This document shows positions 1 to 10,214 of a stretch of DNA of 64,000 bases, piece after piece. The translations under genes and the position numbers were made by a program. The number at the start of each line of letters is the position of its first letter. The first letter of the stretch is position 1. The DNA is taken from positions 15,616 through 79,615 of the forward strand of contig VGSF01000007.1 in the NCBI GenBank assembly GCA_016875165.1. Reading direction: 5' to 3'. Under the pieces are notes generated by a model. It saw only the letters and a list, made by a program, of their open reading frames with translations, was not told where the DNA came from and did no database searches. The DNA comes from Deltaproteobacteria bacterium. Its GTDB lineage: Bacteria; Desulfobacterota; SM23-61.

Positions 1-530
1 ATTCCCCGGCGAATGCCGAATTTATCCAGGATGACTTTGGCGATCGGAGCCAGGCAATTCGTTGTGCAGGAGGCATTGGAAACGATGTGGTGCTCGTAGG
101 GGTTGTAGTCATACTCGTTAACTCCCATCACCACGGTGACGTCTTCGCCCTTGGCCGGCGCGGTGATGATCACCTTGCGCGCTCCGGCATCCAGATGACC
201 CCTGGCCCGCTTGGCTTCGGTGAAGATGCCGGTCGATTCCACCACGTACTCTACGGACAGGTCCCTCCAGGGAATCTGCGCCGGGTCTTTGATGGCGGTT
301 ATGACCACATCTTTTCCGTTAATCATTAGGCCCTTCTCCTGAAGCTTTACTTCCATGTTCAGACGCCCCATGATGGAGTCGTATTTCAGCAGATGGGCCA
401 GGGTGGAATTATCTGTCAGGTCGTTGATGGCCACAATTTCAATTTCCGAAAAGCTCTCGGCCTTCAAAGCGGCGCGCATCACGCTCCGGCCAATTCTCCC
501 AAATCCGTTGATGCCAACCCGAATAGACAT
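1..530 (-). CDS. gap: Type I glyceraldehyde-3-phosphate dehydrogenase, 5' part (runs off window start)
   Basis: Manual translation from ATG at 530: MSIRVGINGFGRIGR...INDL...KYDS; catalytic SNASCTTNCLAP near position 50-85. Not in ORF track because truncated. Confidence 0.95.
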   Translation of the reverse strand, partial: MSIRVGINGFGRIGRSVMRAALKAESFSEIEIVAINDLTDNSTLAHLLKYDSIMGRLNMEVKLQEKGLMINGKDVVITAIKDPAQIPWRDLSVEYVVESTGIFTEAKRARGHLDAGARKVIITAPAKGEDVTVVMGVNEYDYNPYEHHIVSNASCTTNCLAPIAKVILDKFGIRRG

Positions 531-762
531 GTAGGCCCCCTTTCTAAAAGGCAAGGTCTGAAGCCGTTTCTTCCCTTTCCTCTGTATTATACAGAGGTCG
601 CTTTAGCCAATGTCATACAGATTAAAAATAACATCAACTTTTCCCTTTGTCAAAACCTTTCCCAAAAAAGCTTGCTTCCCTTCACTTTACAAAATCCTAT
701 TCGTGGCCCGGGGTTCGGGGCGATGAGCGCGGGCAGCACTGGCATATAGATTTCGGAATTTT

Positions 763-1036
763 GTAACACTTTAGCCCTTTGAAAAAAGGTGTGTTGTAAA
801 GGCCAAGGAATTCCAGGGGCCGGGGGCCAGAGTGGAATCCGCCTTAGGCGGAGAATCATAAGACGCTGATTTCTCCGCATATGGGGCGGGCAAGAACCCC
901 CGCCTCCTCCGGAGGAAAAGATCTTCTGTCTTCGTGGCCAAGCGGAAACCCAACCGATGCTTCCGGCGCGTTCCGCTCTAACCCCCGGCCCTTAACAAAG
1001 GCTTTTATACCCTTTTTCAAGTCGCTAAACTGTTAC
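763..1036. mobile_element. MITE family A copy 1 (274 bp, IS66-like ends)
   Basis: Ends GTAACACTTTAGCCCTTTGAAAAAAGG / CCTTTTTCAAGTCGCTAAACTGTTAC; near-identical to five other full copies; no TSD (GGAATTTT vs AGGAGGCG). Confidence 0.9.
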
Positions 1037-1059
1037 AGGAGGCGATACAAAATTTGCGA

Positions 1060-1089
1060 TTGACAGCAGGATATCGGCAAAGATATTAT
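1060..1089 (+). promoter_or_regulatory. Putative sigma70 promoter of ilvD
   Basis: TTGACA-18 nt-TATTAT, 45 nt upstream of the ilvD ATG. Confidence 0.55.
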
Positions 1090-1134
1090 GCAAATCTCTT
1101 TTCATATTTCATGAATCCATGCGGAGGATTATTT

Positions 1135-2802
1135 ATGCGTAGCGATCTAATGAAGAAGGGATTGGAGAAAGCTCCCCACCGTTCTCTCTTTAAGGCCATG
1201 GGCTTTACGGACGAAGAAATTCGACGGCCGATGGTGGGCATCGCCAACTCAGCCAATGAAATCATCCCCGGCCACATTCACCTGGATAAGATCGTCGAAG
1301 CCGTTAAAACCGGCGTACGCCTGGCCGGAGGAACGCCGGTGGAGTTCTGCACCATAGGCGTATGCGACGGCATCGCCATGAACCATGAGGGGATGAAATA
1401 TTCCCTGGCCAGCCGGGAGCTGATTGCCGATTCCGTAGAAGTCATGGCCATTGCCCATCCTTTCGATGCCCTGGTCCTGGTTCCCAACTGCGACAAGATC
1501 GTTCCCGGAATGCTTATGGCCGCCATGCGCTTAAACATCCCATCTATTGTGATCAGCGGCGGACCCATGCTGGCCGGAAAATTTGGGGAGAAAGAAGTGG
1601 ATTTGATCAGTGTGTTCGAAGGCGTGGGCCTGGTGGTCCGCGGCGAATGGACCGAAGCCGACTTGAAAGATTTGGAAGATTGCGCCTGCCCGGGTTGCGG
1701 CTCCTGCGCAGGCATGTTTACAGCCAATTCTATGAATTGCCTGTCAGAGGCCCTGGGCCTGGCTCTTCCCGGAAACGGAACCATTCCGGCTGTAATGGCG
1801 GCCCGCATCCGGCTGGCCAAAATGGCCGGGATGAAAGTTATTAAGCTTTGGAAGAAGAACATCCGCCCGGGCGACATTGCCACCCTCGAGGCCTTCCAGA
1901 ATGCCATGGCTGTGGACATGGCCCTGGGCTGTTCCACGAACACGGTTTTGCACCTCCCGGCTATCGCCCATGAGGCCGGAATTAATTTAAACCTGGACCT
2001 CTTCAATACCGTGAGTAACAAGACCCCTCACCTTTGCCATCTCAGTCCCGCAGGCTCTCATCACATACAGGATCTGGATGCTGCCGGAGGCGTTCCGGCG
2101 GTTATGGCCGAATTAACCAAGTTAGGGGAGATCGATAAAACGGTTATGACGGCCACAGGTAAAAACCTCGGCCAGAATTTAAAAGGGGTGAAAGTCAAGG
2201 ATTATCGAGTGATTCGGCCAATCAGCGACCCATACCATAAAGAAGGGGGCATTGCCATCCTGAGGGGGAACCTGGCTCCTTACGGGGCTGTGGTTAAACA
2301 GTCAGCCGTTGCCCCCGAAATGATGGTTAATGAGGGTACGGCTATTATCTTCGAGTCCGAAGAAGAAACCATGGAAGCTATTCTCAAGGGAAAGGTAAAA
2401 CCGGGCCACATAGTGGTTGTGCGATACGAGGGCCCTAAGGGCGGTCCGGGGATGCGGGAGATGCTCTCTCCTACTTCAGCGATCGTCGGCATGGGTCTGG
2501 ATAAAGATGTAGCCCTGATTACTGACGGAAGATTCAGCGGCGGCTCCCGCGGCGCAGCCATCGGACACATTTCTCCGGAAGCTGCCGAAGGGGGTTTGAT
2601 CGCTCTGGTAAAAAACGGGGACCGCATCTCCATCAATATTCCCAAGAGAAATCTAACTTTGCTGGTTGGCGAGGAAGAGATCAGGAAAAGAAAGAAAAAT
2701 TGGAAACAACCGGAGCCAAAAATCAAATCCGGCTATGTTGCCCGTTATGCTCAGATGGTCACCTCAGCGGGCACCGGGGCTGTTTTTAAAGAGAAATTTT
2801 GA
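1135..2802 (+). CDS. ilvD: Dihydroxy-acid dehydratase
   Basis: Motifs [46 protein letters not shown]; start moved to ATG 1135 (GGAGG SD). Confidence 0.97.
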   Translation: MRSDLMKKGLEKAPHRSLFKAMGFTDEEIRRPMVGIANSANEIIPGHIHLDKIVEAVKTGVRLAGGTPVEFCTIGVCDGIAMNHEGMKYSLASRELIADSVEVMAIAHPFDALVLVPNCDKIVPGMLMAAMRLNIPSIVISGGPMLAGKFGEKEVDLISVFEGVGLVVRGEWTEADLKDLEDCACPGCGSCAGMFTANSMNCLSEALGLALPGNGTIPAVMAARIRLAKMAGMKVIKLWKKNIRPGDIATLEAFQNAMAVDMALGCSTNTVLHLPAIAHEAGINLNLDLFNTVSNKTPHLCHLSPAGSHHIQDLDAAGGVPAVMAELTKLGEIDKTVMTATGKNLGQNLKGVKVKDYRVIRPISDPYHKEGGIAILRGNLAPYGAVVKQSAVAPEMMVNEGTAIIFESEEETMEAILKGKVKPGHIVVVRYEGPKGGPGMREMLSPTSAIVGMGLDKDVALITDGRFSGGSRGAAIGHISPEAAEGGLIALVKNGDRISINIPKRNLTLLVGEEEIRKRKKNWKQPEPKIKSGYVARYAQMVTSAGTGAVFKEKF

Positions 2803-2884
2803 TGAATTCGTAAAAAAGTATTTTTTGCCACCGGGGACACAGAGATCACAGAGCAATAACTAAAATTTTAGAACAAAAAAACCT

Positions 2885-3166
2885 GATGGTTTCGTAAAAA
2901 GTCAAAAAGCCACTTTCCCCGTCATTCCGGCGAAAGCCGGAATCCAGTAATTTTGATGATCTCGTAAAAAGTCCAACCACATGTCATTGCGAAGAGCGTA
3001 GCGACTAAACAATCTCATGAAATCAAGCACTTACGAAATACGAGATTGCCTCGCTCCGCTCGCAATGACCACTTTTGGGACTTTTTACGACTCCATCATT
3101 GTTAAGTGCTTATAAATATCCTGGACTCCGATTTTCACCGGAGAGACGACTTTTTACGAGATCATC
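2885..3166. mobile_element. MITE family C (outer copy) containing a nested family C copy at 2955-3097
   Basis: Ends GATGGTTTCGTAAAAAGTC / GACTTTTTACGAGATCATC, TSD ACCT. Outer cargo is a GTCATTCCGGCGAAAGCCGGAATCCAG-type pair; inner cargo is a GTCATTGCGA...GCAATGAC pair. Confidence 0.85.
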
Positions 3167-3197
3167 ACCTTTTTTTACAAAAACTTGCATTTTTTTC

Positions 3198-3241
3198 TTG
3201 ACAAGTTTTTTTTATTGGCATAATCTATAGAAAAATAGATT
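3198..3241 (+). promoter_or_regulatory. Putative promoter with overlapping palindromic operator upstream of merR-kamA
   Basis: TTGACA at 3198, TGG-CATAAT at 3216-3224; perfect inverted repeat AATCTAT-6-ATAGATT at 3222-3241. Confidence 0.5.
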
Positions 3242-3313
3242 TAGATTTATTTGTAGATTTATATTTCTCAGAGTTACTTATTTGACTGGCTTACGCTCCT
3301 CTGGAGACTGCCT

Positions 3314-3568
3314 ATGAGGACTTCCGATATACTAAAAAAACTTAATATTCCAAGGCATAAGCTTTATTACCTGGAACAAAAAGGGTATATCAAGCCGAAA
3401 CGGATTCCTATGGGAGAGCTTGAAACCAGGGAATACAGCGAAGAAGATTTTAAAAGACTCGAACTGATCTGGAAATATTTGCAGAATGGCTTCAAACACA
3501 AGATTGCCTACCAGAAAGCAATGGAAGAACTGCAAAGTCCAAAACTTGACCTTGAGAGGGGATCATGA
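3314..3568 (+). CDS. Small MerR-family HTH regulator without effector domain
   Basis: MRTSDILKKLNIPRHKLYYLEQKGYIKPKR...REYSEED...GF pattern of a MerR wHTH; ATGA overlap with next gene. Confidence 0.8.
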   Translation: MRTSDILKKLNIPRHKLYYLEQKGYIKPKRIPMGELETREYSEEDFKRLELIWKYLQNGFKHKIAYQKAMEELQSPKLDLERGS

Positions 3569-4755
3569 GCGTCGCTGGCAGTATTGTGCTCCCAAGGGAG
3601 CCAATGAAAATGGTGATAGGCGCAGAGGCCATACTTTCTGCAGAGGAGGAGTATCAACCCAACCCATGGAAAGAGGCCACCAACGAGGAATGGGAAGACT
3701 GGCGGTGGCAATTAAAACATCGGGTTACCAGAGCGGAGCAGCTTAAATTAATCTTAAATCTCAGCCAGGAAGAAATTGCGGCCATTGAAGTTTCCAAAGG
3801 CAGAATGGCTACAGCTATAACCCCTTATTTTGCTAAATTAATGGACCGCAATGATTCCAACTGCCCCATCCGCCGGCAGGCCATTCCCACCCTGGAGGAA
3901 TTCCACTTTTCCCCCCATGACCTTTTTGATCCCTGCGCAGAAGATGAAAATTCCCCGGTCCACGGCCTAGTCCACCGGTATCCGGACCGCGTGCTCCTCC
4001 TGGTTACGGATAAATGCGCGGTTTACTGCCGGTACTGCACACGCCGCCGGATGGTGGGTTCCAGCGAAAACTGCATTACCGAAGCGAAGCTTGATGAAGC
4101 AATATCCTACATCCAGGCCACCAAGAAGATTCGGGATGTTTTAATCTCGGGTGGCGATCCCCTGCTCTTAGAAGACGACCATCTTGAAGGAATCATTGCC
4201 AAAGTGAGAAGGATTCCCCATGTGGAGATCATCCGCATCGGCACCCGGGTGCCGGTAACTCTTCCCCAGAGAATTACCCCCTCGCTAACTGGGATATTGA
4301 AGAAATACCATCCGCTCTGGATGAGCATTCATTTCAGCCACCCCAAGGAGATCACTAAGGAAGTTCGCCGGGCCTGCGCCCTGCTATCTGAGGCAGGCGT
4401 TCCCTTAGGAAGCCAGACCGTTCTTCTGCGGAGGATCAACGACCGTTCTGTGGTCATGAAGCGCCTGATGCACGAACTGTTGAAGATCCGTGTCCGTCCC
4501 TACTACATATATCAATGCGACCTGGCTATGGGCACTGAGCATTTCCGCACCCCCATTGCTGTAGGAATTAATATCATCGAAAAATTACGCGGGCATACCA
4601 CCGGCTATGCGGTTCCCAGTTTTGTCATAGACGCCCCGGGCGGCGGCGGCAAGATTCCGGTGGGCCCCACGTACCTGATTTCCCAGGATAAAGGAAAGAT
4701 GGTCCTGCGCAACTATCAGGGTAAGGTTTTTGAATATCAGGAACCCCAGAGTTAG
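3565..4755 (+). CDS. kamA: Lysine 2,3-aminomutase (KamA/AblA family radical SAM)
   Basis: HRYPDRVL, CAVYCRYCTRRR, SGGDPL, YQCD, DAPGGGGKIP (PLP lysine). Confidence 0.9.
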   Translation: MSVAGSIVLPREPMKMVIGAEAILSAEEEYQPNPWKEATNEEWEDWRWQLKHRVTRAEQLKLILNLSQEEIAAIEVSKGRMATAITPYFAKLMDRNDSNCPIRRQAIPTLEEFHFSPHDLFDPCAEDENSPVHGLVHRYPDRVLLLVTDKCAVYCRYCTRRRMVGSSENCITEAKLDEAISYIQATKKIRDVLISGGDPLLLEDDHLEGIIAKVRRIPHVEIIRIGTRVPVTLPQRITPSLTGILKKYHPLWMSIHFSHPKEITKEVRRACALLSEAGVPLGSQTVLLRRINDRSVVMKRLMHELLKIRVRPYYIYQCDLAMGTEHFRTPIAVGINIIEKLRGHTTGYAVPSFVIDAPGGGGKIPVGPTYLISQDKGKMVLRNYQGKVFEYQEPQS

Positions 4756-4779
4756 GGGGCCTGAAAACAAAGCGCAGGG

Positions 4780-4820
4780 AATAAGAAAGCCCTCTTAAAA
4801 TGCAAGAGGGCTTTCTTATT
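4780..4820. terminator. Bidirectional intrinsic terminator between convergent kamA and lon
   Basis: 17-bp perfect stem AATAAGAAAGCCCTCTT / AAGAGGGCTTTCTTATT. Confidence 0.8.
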
Positions 4821-7236
4821 TATTGGCCTTTTTCTTAAGAGCCAGCTCGATGACTTCGTCCATACGCTTAACGAAGTGAAACTTTAAGTCTTTCTTTACC
4901 TGCTCAGAAACTTCATCCAGATCCTTCTCGTTCTTCTTGGGCAGGATAACCGTGGCGATGCCGGCCCGTCTGGCTGCCAGCACTTTCTCTTTAATCCCGC
5001 CCACCGGAAGGACCAGTCCCCTAAGAGTTATCTCGCCGGTCATGGCCACATCGCTGCGCACGGGCCTTCCGGTGAGCAGGGAGGTGAGGGCTGTAAGCAT
5101 GGTCACGCCTGCAGACGGCCCATCTTTGGGAATGGCTCCGGAAGGAACATGTATATGGATGTCGCTGCTGTCGAAGAAGTTTTCCGGAATTTTCCAGGCT
5201 TTGGCCCTGGTGCGCACGTAACTCAGGGCGGCCTGGGCTGATTCCTTCATTACGTCCCCTAATTGACCGGTAAGGGAAAATCCTTTACGCCCTTTCATGC
5301 GCGTGGCCTCGATAAAAAGGATGTCTCCCCCCGTAGGAGTCCAGGCCAGGCCTGTGGCCACACCCGGTTCCGAAGTGCGTTCCGCGACCTCCGAGAAAAA
5401 TTTAACGGGCCCGAGGTAAGAGGACAGGCCCTCGGCATCGATGACCGTGAGGATTTCCCGGCCTTCAGCCACGCGCCTGGCCACTCCCCGGCAGACGTTG
5501 GCGATCTCCCGTTCCAGGTTGCGCACTCCTGCTTCCCGGGTGTATTCGAGAGCAATGCGCCCGAGAGCCCCGTCTTCGAATCTTATGTCCCGCTCCGAAA
5601 GGCCGTGGGCCTCGATTTGTTTAGGAACCAGATAATCCCTGGCAATCTTCAACTTCTCTTCTTCCGTATATCCCGGAAGATCCAGAACCTCCATCCGGTC
5701 CCTAAGCGCCGGAGGAATCGGATCCAGGATGTTGGCCGTGGTAATGAACATGACTTTGCTGAGGTCGAAAGGCACGTCGAGATAATGATCGGAAAAGGCG
5801 TAATTCTGCTCGGGATCCAAAACCTCCAGCAAGGCAGCCGAGGGGTCGCCGCGAAAATCCATCCCTAACTTATCGATCTCATCGAGCATGAAAACCGGGT
5901 TATTCGAGCTGGCCTTGCGCATTCCCTGAATTATCCTCCCGGGGAGAGCGCCGACGTAGGTGCGGCGATGGCCGCGGATCTCCGCTTCATCACGCACGCC
6001 GCCCAGGGACATGCGGATGAACTTACGTCCCAGGGCTTTGGCGATGGACTTTCCCACAGAAGTCTTGCCAGTCCCTGGAGGCCCGACAAAACAGAGGATG
6101 GGACCCTTCATGTCGGCTTTGAGCTTGCGCACCGATAGATATTCCAGGATACGTCTCTTCACCTTCTCCAGGTCGTAGTGGTCTTCATCCAGAACTTTCT
6201 GGGCCTGGATAATCTCCAGGTTGTCCGTAGTGGAAACGGCCCAGGGAAGTTCGATGAGCCAGTCGAGGTAAGTCCGGGAGACGGTGTATTCCGCGGCTGA
6301 CGGCGGCATCTTGGCCAGACGATCCAGCTCCCGTTCCCCTTCTTTCATGGCTTCCGGCGGGAGCTTGGCCTGGACCAGGCGCTTGCGCAATTCATCAATT
6401 TCAACCCCCCGTTCATCCCTTTCGCCCAATTCCTTCTGGATGGCTTTGAGCTGTTCGCGCAGGAAATACTCCCGCTGCGACTTATCGATCCCCTCCCGCA
6501 CCTGGCTCTGGATTTTGGAGCTTAGTTCCAGGACGCTGAGCTCCTTGGAGAGCAGAAGATTGGCCTTTTCCAACCGGTCTTTGACGTTCAGCGTCTCCAG
6601 GATGGCTTGCTTGTCAGTTAGAGGAACGTTTAAGGTGGAGGCAACCAGATCAGCCAGAGCTCCGGGCTCGTCGAGATTCATGGCCATGATAGCCAGCTCT
6701 GCCGGAAGGTTGGGGGCCATTTCCACAACCTTCTGGAAGATGGACTTCACTCCGACCATCAGGGCCTGAGCATCCGCGTGTTCTCCAACCTGATCTTGCA
6801 GGGGAACAACCTTGGCCCGCAGGAAGGGTTCCCGCTGGGTGAATTCGGCAAGGCGAATGCGGGTAGTGCCCTGGATGAGCAGGCGAAGACTGTTATCGGG
6901 CATTTTGATCATCTTTAAGATGTAAGCCGCGCACCCGGTTTCGAATAAATCTTCCGGTTTGACCTGTTCCACCTCTTTATTTTTGATGGCCACGACCCCG
7001 GTCATTTTATTGGCCAGCAGAGCGGCATCGATAAGCTTGATCAGAGGTTCCTGGCTGACCAAAAGCGGCAGGATCATCCTTGGGTAGAGCGCAGCTTCAC
7101 GGATGGGGATGATGGGTAGTTCTTCCGGAATCTTAAGGCCTTTTATCCCTTCTCCTTTGCCGGCCATCTCACTCATGCCAGAATCCTCTATAACGATATT
7201 TCCCTCGTCGGGGATGAGGAATTGGTTCGCCTTCAT
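4816..7236 (-). CDS. lon: ATP-dependent Lon protease
   Basis: LON N-domain, Walker A GPPGTGKT, RGHRRTYVGALPG, catalytic DGPSAG and GGIKEK. Confidence 0.97.
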   Translation of the reverse strand: MKANQFLIPDEGNIVIEDSGMSEMAGKGEGIKGLKIPEELPIIPIREAALYPRMILPLLVSQEPLIKLIDAALLANKMTGVVAIKNKEVEQVKPEDLFETGCAAYILKMIKMPDNSLRLLIQGTTRIRLAEFTQREPFLRAKVVPLQDQVGEHADAQALMVGVKSIFQKVVEMAPNLPAELAIMAMNLDEPGALADLVASTLNVPLTDKQAILETLNVKDRLEKANLLLSKELSVLELSSKIQSQVREGIDKSQREYFLREQLKAIQKELGERDERGVEIDELRKRLVQAKLPPEAMKEGERELDRLAKMPPSAAEYTVSRTYLDWLIELPWAVSTTDNLEIIQAQKVLDEDHYDLEKVKRRILEYLSVRKLKADMKGPILCFVGPPGTGKTSVGKSIAKALGRKFIRMSLGGVRDEAEIRGHRRTYVGALPGRIIQGMRKASSNNPVFMLDEIDKLGMDFRGDPSAALLEVLDPEQNYAFSDHYLDVPFDLSKVMFITTANILDPIPPALRDRMEVLDLPGYTEEEKLKIARDYLVPKQIEAHGLSERDIRFEDGALGRIALEYTREAGVRNLEREIANVCRGVARRVAEGREILTVIDAEGLSSYLGPVKFFSEVAERTSEPGVATGLAWTPTGGDILFIEATRMKGRKGFSLTGQLGDVMKESAQAALSYVRTRAKAWKIPENFFDSSDIHIHVPSGAIPKDGPSAGVTMLTALTSLLTGRPVRSDVAMTGEITLRGLVLPVGGIKEKVLAARRAGIATVILPKKNEKDLDEVSEQVKKDLKFHFVKRMDEVIELALKKKANK

Positions 7237-7661
7237 AGAAGTTTCACCTCCACCGTCCTTGTGACCGACTCTTTCATCTTGGGGATGGTGACGAAGAGGA
7301 ACCCTTCCCGGTAATTAGCCTTGATTCCGTCCGTTTTGAGGGGGAAGGGGATACGCAGCGTGCGCTCGAAATACCCGTAATCTATCTCCATCTGATGAAG
7401 CCGGGTTTTGGGGGAGGGTGAGTATTCGGTCCTCGTCCCGGAGATGGAAAGGAGGTCTTTTTCAAAGAGGACATGAATATCGCTTGATTTCAGGCCGGCG
7501 ATCTCCATAACCACGGCAAGGCTGTCTTCTGTTTCATAAATGTCCATCGGCGGGTGGAAGGACTGCTCCGGCTGGTAGCCCAGCGGTTTCAAATCCTTAA
7601 AAAATTCACCCATGAGTCGATGCATCCTGTTTCTCATCTGGTCGAAATCATCTATCTTCAT
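7233..7661 (-). CDS. Hsp20/alpha-crystallin small heat-shock protein
   Basis: PPMDIYET...EIDYGYFERTL...ANYREGFLFVTIPK; ATGA-coupled to lon. Confidence 0.93.
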   Translation of the reverse strand: MKIDDFDQMRNRMHRLMGEFFKDLKPLGYQPEQSFHPPMDIYETEDSLAVVMEIAGLKSSDIHVLFEKDLLSISGTRTEYSPSPKTRLHQMEIDYGYFERTLRIPFPLKTDGIKANYREGFLFVTIPKMKESVTRTVEVKLL

Positions 7662-7872
7662 GATTCCCTCCCTATTTTCTCCGGCTATCTACAAGAATCT
7701 ACCAAAAATAAACCAGGAGTCAATAGGCGATTTCTCCTCGCCAACCCTCTCTTTTTTCCGCTTACTTCCTTGAAGAGAAGTTTTTTTTCTGATAATATAC
7801 CCTCGTAATTCAGGCAAAGTTATACGGTTTTAGCAAATCGCCGGATTATGATTTTTTGCAGGAGGACCGAGC

Positions 7873-8409
7873 ATGGCGGAGATTAAGAGGGCCATCGAGC
7901 TGGCCATGGAAAAAACCAAGAGCCTTCACCTTTCGCACGAGGAGCTGGAAAAGCTAAGAGAGGAAGAAATGCAAGCCAAGGCCCGCAGCCTGGCAAACCG
8001 CTTCCTGGAAGTCGATTTTCATTTCAAGGAAGTGGAAAAGGAATTATTGAAACTGGCCCTTGATCAGCGAGAGCCTTTAAAAAAGCTCCTGCGCCAATAT
8101 TTATCCGAAGCCATCCAGTTAGACCGGGATAACGCCCTCATCTTCCAGGGAATTGAAACCTTACAAAAAGAGAGCAACAGCATAAAACGAAAATTTCAGC
8201 AGTTGATAAAAAACTACCGGGAGCGGAAAGAACGCGCCTTTGCCGAGACAGAAAAAAAGGTTCTTTTTAAACTGGAAGAGCTGGGTATTGCCGGCTCTGC
8301 AGTTCAGGCGAAGGTTGAAGGCAGCCAGGAGTGGGAGCAAGCCCTGGTTAAATTTAAACCGGACTTCGAAGAAAAGCTTCGTGTTTTGCAAGAAGAATTG
8401 AAAAAATAA
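7873..8409 (+). CDS. Hypothetical helical protein
   Basis: 178-aa ORF with strong AGGAGG SD; MAEIKRAIELAMEKT N-terminus; function not recognised. Confidence 0.75.
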   Translation: MAEIKRAIELAMEKTKSLHLSHEELEKLREEEMQAKARSLANRFLEVDFHFKEVEKELLKLALDQREPLKKLLRQYLSEAIQLDRDNALIFQGIETLQKESNSIKRKFQQLIKNYRERKERAFAETEKKVLFKLEELGIAGSAVQAKVEGSQEWEQALVKFKPDFEEKLRVLQEELKK

Positions 8410-8418
8410 GGATTCCTT

Positions 8419-8693
8419 GTAACAGTTCAGCGATTTGAAAAAATGGCATTAAAGCCTTTGTTGAGGGCCGGGGGTTAGAGCGGAACGCGCCGGAAGCATC
8501 GGTTGGGGTTCCGCTTGGCCACGAAGACAGAAGATCTTTTCCTGCGGATGAGGCGGGGGTTCTTGCCCGCCCCATATGCGGAGATATAAGCGCCTTATGA
8601 TTCTCCGCCTAAGGCGGATTACGCTCTGGCCCCCGGCCCCTGGAATCCCTTGGCCTTTACAACACACTTTTTTTCAAAGAGCTAAAGTGTTAC
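8419..8693. mobile_element. MITE family A copy 2 (reverse orientation)
   Basis: GTAAC...GTTAC ends with perfect 8-bp TSD GATTCCTT. Confidence 0.92.
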
Positions 8694-8735
8694 GATTCCT
8701 TATTAGATTGAGGATCAAGGAGGATCAAGAAAATT

Positions 8736-9692
8736 ATGTCTCTTGTCATTGTTCCAGATGATTTTCCGTCCATTCTGTCAGGGACGGAATCTTTGCAACG
8801 CCTCCGGCAATTTGCCGAGGTAATCGTTTACACTGAAAAAGCTTCCTCCCCGGAGGAACTACAACAAAGGCTTAAGGGGGCGGGGGTGGCCATTAACATC
8901 CGGGCCTACTCTAAATTTACCGAACCGTTGCTGCGCTCCTGTCCACAGTTAAAGTTGATTGCTGTTCTGGGCATCGGCACGGATAATGTCGACCTGACCG
9001 CAGCTTCCCGGCTGGGTATCAAGGTCAGTAACACCCCCGGATTCTCGGCCGTCTCTGTGGCCGAGCATACCTTGGCTTTGATGATGGCCGCAGCCCGAAA
9101 AATTCCGGCCCACGAACAGGAGTTGCGCAACGGCCGCTGGACCAGGCTGCCCATGACCCAGCTTCACGGCAAAACCCTGGGCATCGTGGGGCTCGGCAAC
9201 ATCGGCCGCCAACTGGCTTCTTTGGCCAGAGGGATCGGCATGAACATCATGGCCTGGACTCTCAACCCCAGTCCGGATAGAGCGGCAGAAGCTGGCGTCC
9301 AGTTCGTCGAATTTGATCAGCTCCTCTCCCAATCCGACGTCATCGCCATCACCATCCGCGCTTCCGAAAAAACCAGAAACCTCATCTCCCGGCAGGCTCT
9401 GGCCAGGGTAAAACCATCCTGTATCCTGGTAAACACAGCCCGGGCCAGCATCGTGGATACGGCGGCAATGATCGAATTTTTGCAGACCGGAAAACTTGCT
9501 GCGGCGGCCCTGGACGTCTATGACCAGGAGCCTCTGCCCCCGGCAGATCCTCTTCTTTCCCTGGCCAACGTAGTGCTCTCTCCCCACAATGCCGGCATGA
9601 CCGCGGAAGCCATTGAGAAGGGAAATCAGATGGTGGTGGATAACGTAATTGCCTTTCTTCAGGGCCGGCTGATCAATCTGGTCAACGAATGA
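8736..9692 (+). CDS. D-isomer-specific 2-hydroxyacid dehydrogenase (SerA-like, no ACT domain)
   Basis: VAEH, GIVGLGNIG, VNTARA, LDVYDQEP, SPHNAG. Confidence 0.9.
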   Translation: MSLVIVPDDFPSILSGTESLQRLRQFAEVIVYTEKASSPEELQQRLKGAGVAINIRAYSKFTEPLLRSCPQLKLIAVLGIGTDNVDLTAASRLGIKVSNTPGFSAVSVAEHTLALMMAAARKIPAHEQELRNGRWTRLPMTQLHGKTLGIVGLGNIGRQLASLARGIGMNIMAWTLNPSPDRAAEAGVQFVEFDQLLSQSDVIAITIRASEKTRNLISRQALARVKPSCILVNTARASIVDTAAMIEFLQTGKLAAAALDVYDQEPLPPADPLLSLANVVLSPHNAGMTAEAIEKGNQMVVDNVIAFLQGRLINLVNE

Positions 9693-9698
9693 AAGACT

Positions 9699-10209
9699 TT
9701 AGCCACAGAGGGCACAGAGATCGCAGAGCTATAAAATAAATTTATAACAAAAAACGAAACACTTTAGCTCTTTGAAAAAAGGTGTGTTGTAAGGGCCAAG
9801 GGATTCCAGGGACCGGGGGCCAGAGCGGAATCCGCCTTAGGCGGAGAATCATAAGGCGCTTATATCTCCGCATATGGGGCGGGCAAGAACCCCCGCCTCC
9901 TCCGGAGGAAACGATCTTTTGTCCTTGTGGCCAAGCGGAAACCCAACCGATGCTTCCGGCACGTTCCGCTCTAACCCCCGGTCCTCAACAAAGGCCTTAA
10001 TACCATTTTTTCAAATCGCCAAACTGTTACCAAAAAACATTTTAGAACACGGATGAACGCAAATAAATTCAGATAAAATGCTTTTTAAAAAATTTTATTA
10101 AGCATATTTTAATTTTATCTGTGTTTATCGATGGTTATCTGTGTCCTAAATTTTCTTTTTTAAGATCTTTCTTTATATCTCGGCGATCTCTGCGTCCTCT
10201 GCGGTGAAT
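9699..10209. repeat. CACAGAG-type palindromic repeat pair enclosing a MITE and an inner CACGGAT/ATCTGTG pair
   Basis: Left arm GCCACAGAGGGCACAGAGATCGCAGAG; right arm CTCGGCGATCTCTGCGTCCTCTGCGGTGAA. Confidence 0.75.
9756..10030. mobile_element. MITE family A copy 3
   Basis: GAAAC(variant)...GTTAC ends; TSD CAAAAAAC. Confidence 0.92.
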
Positions 10210-10214
10210 TTTTC

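Noticed and set aside
700-750. GC-rich patch upstream of gap as a possible riboswitch or ncRNA
   Set aside because: Too short, with no convincing stem or known motif; cut off by MITE A.
650-1063. Recurrent short ORFs (MGRARTPASS..., MCCKGQGIPG..., also near 8354-8761, 9782-10056, 33369-33647, 40313-40639, 48484-48873)
   Set aside because: All are translations of MITE family A; frames and ends differ among copies and no transposase motifs are present.
1278-2021. Long antisense ORFs (e.g. 1278-2021, 8949-9587, 42879-43751, 61370-62134)
   Set aside because: Shadow frames of well-supported genes on the opposite strand; no recognisable motifs.
3565-4755. EF-P modification enzyme EpmB or glutamate 2,3-aminomutase
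   Set aside because: Length and YQCD/DAPGGGGK motifs fit KamA/AblA-type lysine aminomutase; no efp or epmA adjacent.
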